From Mobula birostris (lineage: Eukaryota): a DNA stretch of 64,000 bases. The position numbers and the translations under genes are program-made. Below, piece after piece: positions 14,501-27,019 of the stretch. The DNA lies in contig NC_092379.1 in assembly GCF_030028105.1 (NCBI RefSeq), forward strand, positions 23,553,821 to 23,617,820. Direction: 5' to 3'. The notes below the pieces were generated by a model. The model did not search any database. It saw nothing but the letters and a program-made list of their open reading frames with translations, and had not been told where the DNA came from. Numbering within the stretch: the first letter of the stretch is position 1; the number at the start of each line of letters is the position of its first letter.

Positions 14501-15050
14501 TCTTGGTCCGAAACATCGACTGTACTCTTGTACTCTTTTCCATTGATACTGCCTGACCTGCTGAATTCCTCCAGCTTTTTGTGTGAGTTGCTTGGATTTC
14601 CAGCAACTGCAGATTTTCTGTTGTTTGAGCTGTCATATAAGGAGTGTTTGATGCATTTATGTCTGTACTCACTGCAATTTAGAAGAATGAGGAGGGAACT
14701 AATTGAAACCCATCAAATATGGAAAGGCAGAGACAGAACAGATGTTTCTATAGTTGGGGATTCTAGGACCAGAGGGCACAGCCTCAGATTAGAGGATGTG
14801 CATTTAGAATAGAGATTTGATGGAATTTCTTTTGGCAAAGGATGGTGAATTTGTGCAATTTGTTGCCTCAGGTGGCTGTGGAAGCCAGGTCATTGGGTGT
14901 ACTTAAGGCAGAGGTTGATAGTTTCATGATTAGTCAACGTGTGAAAGGTTACGGGGAGAAGGTGGGAGAATGGGATTGAGAGGCAAAAAGGATCAGCAGA
15001 ACATGCTCAGTGAGACAAATGGCTTAGTTCTGCTCCTCTCTGTTGTGGTC
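11590..15050 (+). mobile_element. CR1-clade LINE ORF2 (APE + RT), decayed, with nested insertions
   Basis: VGITES, GGSDHN..F, NYRPVSLTS, SQHGFLKGKSCL, DFQKA and KFVADMK motifs; inserts at 12937-13499 and ~14460-14630. Confidence 0.85.
12937..13499 (+). mobile_element. Penelope-like element 3' fragment (GIY-YIG end + terminal repeat)
   Basis: EHLHLVR..DLPVATNFNS.S.SHSDMSIHGLLYC..EAKLRLEEQHLIYRLGSLQPLGMNIEFSNF; possible TSD aattat (12931-36, 13500-05). Confidence 0.8.
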
Positions 15051-18000
15051 TTATGGTATTTACATAGGGTCAAGGGAGTGCTGTCAGTACTTTCAGGAGG
15101 TCCCCTTGGGAGTGTGTCAGTTTTTACAGGAGCCCCATGGAGTTTGGCAGCACTTAAAGGGGAATCCATGGAGTGTGCCTGTATTTACAGGGGACCTTGG
15201 GGAGTGTGTCAGTATTCACATCAGACCTAGGGGGTGTGCAGGTATTTACAGGTGGTTGTGGGGTGTGTGGTAGTATTTACAGGGGGTTCTATGGACTATT
15301 ACATTTAGTAAGGATGTCTTTGGTATTGTAGCAGTTTTTAACAGATGCACTGGGAAGTGTGTCAGCACTTACAGGGGGTTTTAAGCAGTGTGTCAGTATT
15401 AACTGGGGGTTTTAGGGAGTGTTCAGTATTTACAGAGGGCTTTAGGAAATGTGTCAGTATTTACAGGGGTTTTAGAGATTGTGTCAGTATTTACAGGGGG
15501 TCCCAGGGAATGTGTCACTATTTACAGAGGGTCACAGGCGGTGTGTCAGTACTTACAGAGTATATTAGGGAGTGTGTCAGTATTGACAGGGGGAGCTAGG
15601 GAGCGGGTCAGTATTTACAGAGGGTTTTAGGGAATGTGTCGGTATTTACCGGGGGTTCCAAAGAGTGGGTCAGTATTTATCGGGGGTTCCAGGGAGTGTG
15701 TCAGTATTTACAGGGGGACCCAGGGAGTGTGTCAGTTTTTACAGGTGGTTTTAGGGAATGTGTCAGTATTTACCGGGGGTTCCAAGGAGTGGGTCAGTAT
15801 TAACCGGGGTTTCTAGGGAGTGTGTAAGTATTTACTGGGGGTGCAGGGAGTGTGTCAGTATTTACAGGGGATCACAGCAAGTCTGTCAGTATTTACAGTG
15901 GGACCCAGGGAGTGTGATAGTACTTATAGGGGGATTTAGGGAATGTGCCGGTACTTACAGAGGGATTTAAGGAACGTGTTGGTATTTACCGGGACTCCCA
16001 GGGAGTGTGTCAGTATTTACCGGAGCTTTTAGGGAGTGTGTCAGTATTTACAGGGGGCCCCAGGGATTGTGTCAGTATTTACAGGGGGGCCCAGGGATTG
16101 TGTCAGTATTTACAAGAGGTCTGAGGGAGTGTGTTAGTATTTACAGTGGGACCCAGCTAGTGTGTCAGTATTTACAAGGGGTCCCAAGGAGTGTCAGTAT
16201 TTACAGCGGGTTTTAGGGAGTGTGTCAGTTTTTACTGGGTCTTTTAGGGTGTGTGTCAGTATTTACAGGGGGTTTTAGGGAATGTGCCAATATTTACAGA
16301 GGGATTTAAGGAACGTGTTGGTATTTACCGTGGGTCCCAGGGAGTGTGTCAGTATTTACCGGAGCTTTTAGGGAGTGTGTCAGTATTTACAGTGGGACCC
16401 AGCTAGTGTGTCAGTACTTACAGGGGGTCCCAAGGGCTGTCAGTACTTACAGTGGGTTTTAGAGAATGTATCAGTTTTTACCGGGGCATTTAGGAAATGT
16501 GCCAGTATTTACAGAGGGATTTAAGGAATGTGTCGGTATTTTCCGGGGGTCCCAGGGAGTGTGTCAGTATTTACTGGAGCTTTTAGAGAGTGTGTCAGTA
16601 TTTACAGGCTGGTCCCAGGGAGTGTGTCAGTATTTACAATGGGACCCAGGGAGTGTGTCAGTAATTACAGGGGGTCCCAGTGAGTGTGTCAGTAATTACA
16701 GTGGGACCCAGGGAGTGTGTCAGTTTTTACTGGGTCTTTTAGGGTGTGTGTCAGTATTTACAGGGGGTTTTAGGGAATGTGCCAATATTTACAGAGGGAT
16801 TTAAGGAACGTGTTGGTATTTACCGTGGGTCCCAGGGAGTGTGTCAGTATTTACCGGAGCTTTTAGGGAGTGTGTCAGTATTTACAGTGGGACCCAGCTA
16901 GTGTGTCAGTACTTACAGGGGGTCCCAAGGGCTGTCAGTACTTACAGTGGGTTTTAGAGAATGTATCAGTTTTTACCGGGGCATTTAGGAAATGTGCCAG
17001 TATTTACAGAGGGATTTAAGGAATGTGTCGGTATTTTCCGGGGGTCCCAGGGAGTGTGTCAGTATTTACCGGAGCTTTTAGAGAGTGTGTCAGTATTTAC
17101 AGGCTGGTCTCAGGGAGTGTGTCAGTATTTACAATGGGACCCAGGGAGTGTGTCAGTAATTACAGGGGGTCCCAGTGAGTGTGTCAGTAATTACAGTGGG
17201 ACCCAGGGAGTGTGTCAGTATTTACAGGGGGTTTTAGGGAATGTGTCAGTATTTACCGGCGATTCCAGGGAGTGTGTCAGTATTTACCGGGAGTCCCAGG
17301 GAGTGTGTCAGTATTTACAGGGGGTTTTAGTGAATGTGCCAATATTTACAGAGGGATTTAAGGAATGTGTTGGTATTTACTGGGGTACCAGGGAGTGTAT
17401 CAGTATTTACCAGAGCTTTTAGGGAGTGTGTCAGTTTTTAGAGGGGTTTTAGGGAGTGTGTCTGTATTTACTGTGTGTCTTAGGGAATGTGTTAGTTTTT
17501 ACCGGGGCTTTTAGGGAGTGTGTCAGTATTTATAGGGAGTTTTAGGAAATGTGCCACTATTTACAGAGGGATTTAAGGAACGTGTCGGTATTTACCGTGG
17601 GTCCCAGCAAGTGTGTCAGTATTTACAATAGGACCCAGGGAGTGTGTCAGTTTTTACAGGGTGTTTTAGGGAATGTGTCAGTATTTACTGGCAGTTCCAA
17701 GGAGTGTGTCAGTATTTACCGGGAGTCCCAGGGAGTGTGTCAGTGTTTACAAGGGGTCCCAGCAAGTGTGTCAGTATTTACAGTGGAATTCAGTGAGTGT
17801 GTCAGTATTTAGAGGGCTTTTTAGGGAATGTGCCAGTATTTACAGAGGAATTTAAGGAGTGTGTCAGTATTTACCGGGGGTCCCAGGGAGTGTATCAGTA
17901 TTTACAGTGGGACCCAGTTGGTGTGTCAGTATTTGCAGTGGGTTTTAAGGAATGTGTCAGTTTTTACCGGGGCATTTAGGGAGTGTGACAGTATTTACAG

Positions 18001-20880
18001 GGACTTTTAGGGAATATGCCTGTATTTACAGAGGGATTTAAGGAATGTGGTGGTATTTACCGGGGGTCGCAGGGAGTGTATCAGTATTTACAGTGAGACC
18101 CAATTGGTGTGTCAGTATTTGCAGCGGGTTTTAAGGAATGTGTCAGTTTTTACCAGGTCATTTAGGGAGTGTGTCAGTATTTACAGGGGGTCCCAGCAAG
18201 TGTGTCAGTATTTACAATGGGACCCAGGGAGTGTGTCAGTATTTACAGAGGGATTTAAGGAATGTGTCGGTAATTACGGGGGGACCCAAGGGGTGTGTCA
18301 GTGTTTACCGGAGCTTTTCGGAAGTGTGTCATTATTTACAGTGGGCCCCAGCAAGTGTGTCACTATTTACAGTGGGACCCAAGGAGTGTGTCCGTATTTA
18401 CAGGGGGTCCCAGGGAACGTGTCAGTATTTACAAGGGGTCCTAGGGAGTGTGTCAGTATTTACAAGGGGTCCTAGGGAGTGTGTCAGTATTTATAGTGAG
18501 TCCCAGTGAGTGTGTCTGTATTTGCAGTTGGACCCAGGGCGTGTGTCAGTATTTACAGGGGGTCCCAGAGAATGTGTCAGTATTTACAGGGGGTTTTAAG
18601 GAATGTGCCAGTATTTACAGAGGGATTTAGGAATGTGTTGTTATTTACCGGGGGTCCCAGGGAGTGTGTCAGTATTTACCGGAGCTTTTAGGGAGTGTGT
18701 CAGTATTACAGGGGGTCCCAGGGAATGCGTCAGTATTTGCTGTGCGACCCAGCTGGTGTATCAGTATTTACCAGGGGGTCCCAGGGAGTGTCAGTATTTA
18801 TAGGGGTTTTAGGGAGTGTATCAGTATTTACAGCGTGTTTTAGGGAATGTGTCAGTTTTTACCGGGTCTTTTAGGGAGTGTGTCAGTATTTATAAGGAGT
18901 TTTAGGAAATGTGCCACTATTTACAGAGGGATTTAAGGAATGTGTCGGTATTTACCAGGGGTCCCAGGGAGCGTGTCAGTATTTACCAGAGCTTTTAGGG
19001 AGTATGTCAGTATTTACTGGGGGGTCCCAGCAAATGTGTCAGTATTTACAGTGGGATCCAGGAAGTGTGTCAGTATTTACAGTGGGACCTAGGGAGTGTG
19101 TCAGTACTTACAGTGGGACCCAGGGTATGTGTCAGTTTTTACAGGGGGGTTTTAGGGAGTGTGTCAGTATTTGCAGAGGGTCTCAGAAAGTGTGTCAGTA
19201 TTTACAGGGGGTCCCAGAGAGTGTGTCGGTACTTACAGGGGGATTTAGGGAATGTGTCGGTATTTACCGCGGGACCCAGGGAGTGTGTCAGCATACACAA
19301 GTTGTCCCAGAGACTCAGTATTTACAGGGGGTCCCAGAGACTCGGTATTTACAGGGGGTTTCAGGGAGTGTGTCAGTATTTACTAGGGGTTTTAGGCAGT
19401 GTGTACAGTATTTAGAGAAGGTCCCAGGGAATGTGTCAGTATTTACAGGGGCCCTGGGGAGAGCAACAGTATCTATAGAAGGTTTCAAGGTGTGGGTCAG
19501 AATTTACAGACTGTCCCGGGGAGTGAGGATGTCCAGTGGAGTGTGTCGGTAGTTACAAATGGTCCTGGAGTGTGTGTCTGTATTTTCAGGAGCCCCAGGG
19601 AGTGTATTGTTACCTATGGGGGTTAATTGAGGAGTGTGTCAGGACTTACAGGATTCTTGGGAAGAGTGATTGTTTTCACAAGTGGGCCCTGTGGAGTGTG
19701 CTAGTATTTACAAGGCATCAGCTTTTACAGCATGTCCTTTGGGCAGTGTGCCAGTGTTTACATGACATCCCGTGGAGTGTGTCAGTATAGACAGGGGGTC
19801 CCAGAGAGTGCTTGTCAGTATAGACAGGGGTCCCAGAGAGTGTGTGTCCATATAGACAGGTGGTCTCAGAGAGGTAGTGTCAGTATAGACAGGGGGGTCC
19901 GAGACAGTGTGTATCAGTATAGACAGGGTGTCTCAGAGAATCTGTGTCATCCTGGTGTGTGTGTCTGTATTTACATCATGTCTCTGGGTAGTGTGTCATT
20001 ACTTACAAGGGTCCTTTGGAATATGACTGCTTTTACTGGCAGTTTGTGGAGGGTGTCATTATTTTTAGTGGGTTCTGGTAAGTGATTTCCAGGGGATCCT
20101 GGGGAGTGTGTCAGTATTTCCAGAGGTACTGTGGAGTGTGTTAGTGTTTTCAGGGGCACCGGGGACCTTGTCAGTATTTACAGTGGGGCCCTGGGAATGT
20201 CCAGAGATTTACTGAGTTTCACTGTGGGGTCCCGGGGAGTGGGTCAGTATTTGTAGAGGTACCAGGCAGTGTCTCAGCACATACAGGGTGTCCCAAGGAG
20301 TGTGTCAGTATTTAAAGGGAGTTCTAAGGAGTGTGTCAATATTACATGGGGTCCAGGGGTGTGCAATGATATTTATAGGGGTTCAAGAGAGTGTGCCAGT
20401 AGTTACAGGGGGTCCTGGGTGGATTAGTATCTGCAAGGGCTTCTGGAGAGAGTGTCAATATTTACAAGGGGATTTGGGGAGAATGGTAGGATCAATATCG
20501 GTATGGGTAAGAGTGCCTGTATTTACTAGGGGTGCCGGAGGAATGTTTCTGTATTTACAGTGTGTCCCTGGGTGTTGTTTTTGTATTTACAGGGAAGCCT
20601 TGGGGAGATTGTCAGATTATGCAGGGGGCTCCAGGGAAGATGTCACTATTTACAGGATGTCCTAGGAGTGGGTCTGTATTTACAGTGTGCCCTTGTCAAG
20701 TTTGTCAGTATTTATATCGGTTTACCATGGCATGTTTCAGTGTTTTTAGGGAGGGGATCCAGGATGTGAGTTAGTATTTATAGGGTGTCCTGTGGAGTGG
20801 TTTTGTATTTACAGGAAGTCCCAGGACAGTGTATCGATATTTACAGGGGCTCCCAGGGAGCTGGTCAGTATTTATTGAAG
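15050..20880. repeat. 31-bp G-rich tandem satellite with ~495-bp higher-order duplication
   Basis: Unit ~agtgtgtcagtatttacagggggtcccaggg; near-identical blocks offset by 495 bp (e.g. 16301 vs 16796); diverged at the edges. Confidence 0.95.
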
Positions 20881-20894
20881 GTCCTGAGGAGTAT

Positions 20895-22850
20895 CACACA
20901 CAAAATTGTTGGAGGAACTCAGCAGGTCAGGCAGCATCTGTGGATATGAATAAACAGTTGACATTTTGGGCTGAGACCCTTCAACACCGAGAAGGAAGAG
21001 GGAAGATGCCAGAATAGAAAGGTGTTGGGGGGCAAAGGGGAAGGAGGCTAGCTGGAAGGTGATAGGTGAAGCCAGGTGTGTGGGAAAGATCAGAGCCGGA
21101 GAAAAATGAATCTGATCAGGAGAGAAGAGTGGACTATAGGAGAAAGAAAAGGAGGAAGGGACCCAGGGGGAGATGATAGGCAGGTGAGAAGAGATAAAAG
21201 GTCAGAGTGGGGAATAGAAAGGAGGTGTTGATATTTTTCTACCGGAAGGAGAAATTGATATTCATGTCTCCAGATTGGAGACTCCCAGATGGAATATAAG
21301 GTGTTGTTCCTCCACCCTGAGGGTGCCCTCACCTAGTACAAGAAGAGACCAAGGACCGACATGCTGGAATGGGAATAGCAGTTGGAATTAAAATAGTTGT
21401 CCACTGGGAAATTCCGCTTGTGGTGGATGGAGTGGCGGTGCTCGATAAAGTGGTTTCTCAATTGACGACAGGTCTCACCAGTGTAGGGGAGGCCACATCG
21501 GAAGCACTGGACGCAATAGATGACCACAGAAGATTCACTGGTGAGATGTTGCCTGACCGGCAAGGACTGCTTGCTGCCCTGAATGGAGCTGAGGGAGGAG
21601 GTGAATGGGCAGATGTAGCACTTTGGCTGCTAGCAGGGATGTGCCAGGAGGGAGATTAGTGAGGAGGGACCAATGGACAAGGGAATCACAGAAAGTGGAG
21701 GGGGTAGAGGTAAAGATATGTTTAATGATAGGATCCCTTTGGTGATAGCGGAACTTGAGGAGGGTGATGTGTCGTATTTGGAGGCTAATTGAGTGGTAGG
21801 TCAGGACAAGAATAATTCTATCACTGTTAAGTCAGCAGGAAGATGGGGCAAGTGCTGCTGTTTAGGAAATAAAGAAAATGCAGGTGAGAGCATCATCAAT
21901 AGTGGAGAGATGGAAACCCCGTTCTTTAAAGAAGGGGGTCATCTCTGATGTCCTGCAATGGAAAGTTGCTTCCTGGGAACAGATGCAATGGAGGCGAAGG
22001 AACTGAGAAAGGGGTATAGCACTTTTACAGGAGATAGAGTGGGAAGATGTACAGTCAAGATAAACATGGGAGTCAGTAGGTTTATAAAAGATGTTGGTTT
22101 ATAAATGTTCGTCTCCAGATATGGAAGCAGAGAAATTGCAAAATAGGAAGGAAGTGTCAGAGATGGATCAAGTAAATTTTAGGGCAGGGTGGAACTTAGA
22201 GGCAAAGTTGATGAAACTGATGCACTCTGCATGAGCGCATAAAGCAGCACCATTGCAGTCGTCAATGTAGTGGAGGAAAGGTTGGGGAGTATTACCAGGG
22301 AAAGCTTTGGACGTGAATTGTTCTAGGTAGCCCATGAAGAGGCAAGCATATCTGGGGCCCATGAGGGTGCCTGTGGCTACCACGGAGTATGGAGAAAGTG
22401 GGAGGAGCTGAAGGAAATATTGCTGAGGGTGAGGGCCAGTTCTACCAGAAGGAGGAAGGTGGTGCTGGAGGGGAACTGGTCGGTTCTTTTATTGAGAAAG
22501 AAGTGCAGAGATTTAAGGCACTTGTGCTGGGAGATTTAGGAGCTGGATATCCATGGTGAAAATGAGGTAGTCAGGCCCAGGTAATTGAAAGCTACTGAAG
22601 AGATTGAAAGTATGAGAAGTGAAACAGATGTAGGTGGGAAGGGACTGAAACAAGGGGGTAGAATGCAGTCAGGGTATGAGGACATGAGTTCAGTGGGGCA
22701 GGAGCAGACAGAGACAATAGGCCTGCCCTGACTGTCATGTTTGTAGGTCTCGGGTAGGAGGTAGAAGAGAGTAGTGCGGGGCAATGGAATTATGTGTTTG
22801 GTGGCAGTAGATGGGAGTTCCCCAGAGTTGATGAGGTCAGTGATGGTAGA
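20895..22850 (-). mobile_element. Penelope-like retroelement (RT + GIY-YIG), decayed
   Basis: GTLMGPRYACLFMGY..FLHYIDD RT motif; VIYCVQCFRCGLPYTGETCRQLRNHFIEH GIY-YIG motif; GRPIVS..CPTEL motif. Confidence 0.88.
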
Positions 22851-23565
22851 TATTGAGTGATGGTACATGTCTATATTTTACAGTCGGTTCCTGGGGAGTT
22901 TGGAGGACTGATCATTATTGGAACATTTTCTCCGTGCCTTTTTTACTTTTAATATTTAAGTGCTACAGAATCTGTGCGCATTTTCAGGCGGGTAAGTGCT
23001 TGCTCAGTGGGTTCAGTAGCGTCATTGTGTGGTGCTTACGGTCAGTTCTGTGGGAATCTCGCGAGGTCAGGAAGCATGTGTGTAAGATAAACAAATGTTA
23101 CGGTTTTAACAGCAAAGATCTTCAGCGCATTTGCCTTGATGTAAGGTCTCCCAACAGAAGTGTAAACTCTGTCTCTCACCAAAGCCATTGCCTGGCAGCT
23201 CCTGTTTTTGTTTGTACATTGAGGTTAGTGACTGAGCATGGAAACACGCCCTTTGGTCCACTGAGTCTGTGATCGCGAACAGTTTCCACTGACATCAATT
23301 ACTCTCACCATCTACACTTTAGCTCCAATTCATGAATATTACTCCTGGAAATGGGAGAAGGTAGCTCACTCTCTCCCTAGGTGAACAGAGGGGGACATCT
23401 CGCACATAATCACAGCTAGCGTACAGAGATGTTCCCAACAGGACTGAAGCAATCAGGTATAAGTCCGTCCTGACATCCATGGCCCCGTGTTTATAAGTTC
23501 CTACCTTCTGCCCCCTCATCGCGGATTGTACTGTGAGCACACACCACGCAGAGATGAATAGATAG

Positions 23566-23568
<3 letters not shown>

Positions 23569-23634
<66 letters not shown>

Positions 23635-24529
23635 TCAGTCAGAGAGAGACAGAGGTAGGGAGAGGGAGGGAAGGAGAGAGAGGGTGAGAGAGAGAGAGAG
23701 AGAAAGAGTCAGAGAGAGACGGAGAGAGAGAGGTAGGGAGAGGGAGGGAGGGAGAGAGAGGGTGAGAGAGAGTGAAGAGTGAAGAGAAAAAGGGAAGCAG
23801 GGGAGAAAGAGGTGGAGAGAAGGTAAAAGAATCAGATGGGAAGAATGAAAGAGAGCAGAGAAATGAAGGCAAAGAGAGAAAAAGACAGACAAAGATAGAG
23901 GCAAGGAGAAGGAGAGAGGGAAAGGAAGATAGCAGGGAGAGAGACAGAGAGACAAAGAGAGAAGACAGTGTGGGCACAGTGACAGAACAAGAGAATGCAG
24001 ACTGAGAATAATGCAGTGAGAGAGAGGCAGGAGGAGAGATTGGCGGAAAGAGACAGAAACATGCAGGCGAAGAGAGCAAGAGATAGATGCAGAGTGGGAG
24101 ATGTAGAGAGAATGGCAGAAAGAGACAGACAGAGAGAGAGAGGCAGACGGAGAGAAAGTGAGTCTGAGAGAAAGGGAGGAATGCAGAGACAGGGCAGAGT
24201 GGCAAATGCAGAGAGTGAGACAGAGAGAGAGAAAGAGAGTGAGACAGAGAAGTAAACAGGGAGGCAGAGAAAAGGTGAGGCAGAGTTGGAGAGAGGCAGA
24301 AAGTTAAATGGAGAGAGTCGATGGAGAGAGGGGGACAGAATGGAAGAGTGAGAGAAATGCAGAGAAAGGGGTACAGTAAAAGGGGTTCAGCAAGACAACT
24401 TCAGAGTAAGAGGCAGATGAAGATGGCGAGCTGGACAGAGAAAGAGAGAGCAAGGCAGAGGGAGAGGGGACAGAGTAAAAAGCAAAGTAAGAGGCAGGCG
24501 GAGGGGCAATGGGGAAGAGATACAGAGAG
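23569..24529 (+). repeat. (GA)n microsatellite and purine-rich low-complexity tract
   Basis: Pure GA run 23569-23629, then GA-rich sequence running into the gap. Confidence 0.95.
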
Positions 24530-24999
24530 NNNNNNNNNNNNNNNNNNNNNNNNNNNNNNNNNNNNNNNNNNNNNNNNNNNNNNNNNNNNNNNNNNNNNNN
24601 NNNNNNNNNNNNNNNNNNNNNNNNNNNNNNNNNNNNNNNNNNNNNNNNNNNNNNNNNNNNNNNNNNNNNNNNNNNNNNNNNNNNNNNNNNNNNNNNNNNN
24701 NNNNNNNNNNNNNNNNNNNNNNNNNNNNNNNNNNNNNNNNNNNNNNNNNNNNNNNNNNNNNNNNNNNNNNNNNNNNNNNNNNNNNNNNNNNNNNNNNNNN
24801 NNNNNNNNNNNNNNNNNNNNNNNNNNNNNNNNNNNNNNNNNNNNNNNNNNNNNNNNNNNNNNNNNNNNNNNNNNNNNNNNNNNNNNNNNNNNNNNNNNNN
24901 NNNNNNNNNNNNNNNNNNNNNNNNNNNNNNNNNNNNNNNNNNNNNNNNNNNNNNNNNNNNNNNNNNNNNNNNNNNNNNNNNNNNNNNNNNNNNNNNNNN
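24530..24999. other. Assembly gap (470 N)
   Basis: N run. Confidence 1.
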
Positions 25000-25189
25000 G
25001 AGGGAGGGGGAGACAGAGCTGCGAATGTTTTACAGTCCTGGTATACAAATAGACCACCTCCAGTCAAATTCAGCGGAGAATTTGACTCAGAGTTACAGTT
25101 GGGGAATTTGATATGAGTTCTCCTGACTGTAATGTGTCCAGATGGAAAATAGTTTCATTCACGTATCCTTGAAACAGTGCAAAGAGGTC

Positions 25190-25350
25190 ATCGTGAGAGT
25201 GGGGTGGGAAGTGAAAGTGATAGGTCGCTGCTGACGTCTGAGTGCAGTAGCCACGCCAAGAGATGGCCCAGTCCGTGACCTGGTCCTGGTTTCTCCCGTC
25301 TCGGGAACTTCATTGTGAACACTGCCTGTAGTGCACTCGACTTAAGCAGT

Positions 25351-25388
<38 letters not shown>

Positions 25389-26200
25389 TGTATGTGTGTG
25401 TGCGTTTTCAAGCGCGCGTGTCTGGGAGGGTGTTTGTTCTTTGCAATTTTCAAACCGCCCACTTGCGGTCCAACGGACTCCCCCCACCCCCCGGCGTGCG
25501 CCAGCTGAGGACTGGTCCTAGCCTCTTCAAGGCAGTGGAAACTATACGTCTCTGAGATACTTTCCATTGCCCGACACCTGCTGACTGACCCACTTTCCGG
25601 GACGCACTGAGTTCCCACAGCCCGGTTCTTTGCTTCCGGCGAACGCGTGTCTAAGTGGGTCAAACGCTCAGAAGAGTCGGGCTTGGGGGAAGGCTGCGAA
25701 TGACGCTGCCTTGCAATTCAGCAGGAAGGGGAGACAGGCGACATCAACAACCGCAGGTTTCGGGTGATTGCAGCTACAACAGGAAGTGAGATAACGATCA
25801 CCTGCAACTTATGAGAAAAACATGTTTATTTCTTTGGGCTGAGAGACTTCCTCCCGTTGCCTGTCTCACTCAAGAAAAGAATAATTGGTTCACCGAGTTT
25901 CCCTCACGCAAATGGATTGTCCTTGAAGTGACAGGTGTCAATCCTTGTTTTGGAATAAAGTGCTAAAGGATGTTCCGATAACTAATACTCACACGCGCGC
26001 ATACACACACAAACAAGCAACCAAAACAAAACACAGCTGCTGTTGTTTGGCCGGGATTGGACTTGTTGTCCCAAGCTGGCCTAAACTGGCAGCAGATAAA
26101 TTGTCTTGAGCCGGATTTTCCCACAGGGCGCTGGACGAACGAAAATAGCGGGTTGTGAAGCATCTGTGAAGGGAAACAGATAATCGACGTCTCAGGTTCA
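25190..26200. promoter_or_regulatory. Candidate TCR-alpha 3' enhancer / CpG-rich regulatory region
   Basis: EICE GGAAGTGAAA 25207-16; CRE-like TGACGTC 25232-38; TCF/LEF CTTTG 25439-43; RUNX TGCGGT 25464-69 and AACCGCA 25749-55; ETS CAGGAAGTG 25780-88; GATA AGATAA 25789-94; E-box CACCTG 25799-804. Lies ~5 kb 3' of TRAC. Confidence 0.45.
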
Positions 26201-27019
26201 GGACATCGACTGTCCATTTCCCTCCACCGATGCTGCCTGCTCTGCTGAGGCCCCCAGCAACTGGCTTCATCGTACTGACTCACTTTCAGGGAGAACTCTT
26301 TGTCTCATGTTCTCGAAGTTTATCGGTTATTTACTAATTACTATTATTATTTCTTTTTGCATTTGCGCAGTCTGTTGGGTGCGGTGTTTCACGACTGTGA
26401 CGATTGAATTTGCAGAATTTGCCCGCAAAAAATGATTCTCAAGTGACTAATATTTACTTTGACAATAAACGTATTTTGAACTTTGACCCGTTGGATGTGC
26501 AGTACTCCCTCGACGTCACTCCTGCCTCAGCACCGGGCCTCCCGCAGTGCGGCGCTCCTCGCCTCTGCCTTTTGCCCCGCAGTGCGGAGCAAACCCAGCG
26601 TTGCCTCATCACCAGCAGCCGGGTCTAGTAGACGCCTGTACGCTGCAAGGCAAAAGCCGAGACAACACATAGAATGGCAATGAATCGGGACAAACTTTGA
26701 AGGTTTCGTGCACTGGAGATCGTTTTATTTCACAAAATATGAATTTTCGACGTATCTTTCCTTCTGAAATGTGTTTTTTTAATTGGGCATTCGCGAATAC
26801 ATCTGAACTGGGCTATTGGATGAAAGTTTCCAATAAAAGTTAACACGATGACCCAGTTTCTCTCCGTATATGCTGACTGATTTGCTGAGTGCTTCCTCAT
26901 TAGTTTAAGATTTCCAACGTATACAGATGTTGTTTTAATTTTAAGTTTTTAATACAGGTATCTTAAATGCTCTCGTCATCAGTAAGAGGAAAAGCCCATT
27001 TATGTCAGTAGAGATTACA

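Noticed and set aside
14970-20774. Many overlapping Cys/Val/Gly-rich ORFs (CQYLQG..., ECVSIY...)
   Set aside because: They are translations of the 31-bp satellite in several frames, with no splice or codon evidence.
15050-20880. Ig switch-region-like or CRISPR-like array
   Set aside because: There are no unique spacers or cas genes. AGCT hotspots are not enriched, and the G-rich strand is the template strand for TRA transcription, the opposite of switch regions.
23295-23480. Possible leader-like ORF (MDVRTDLYLIASVLLG...) and splice signals on the minus strand
   Set aside because: No downstream V-domain exon or RSS follows, the implied intron is only ~25 nt and the frame stops quickly.
23567-25111. 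RE-rich and LSLS-rich long ORFs
   Set aside because: They are GA microsatellite translations, and some run through N gaps.
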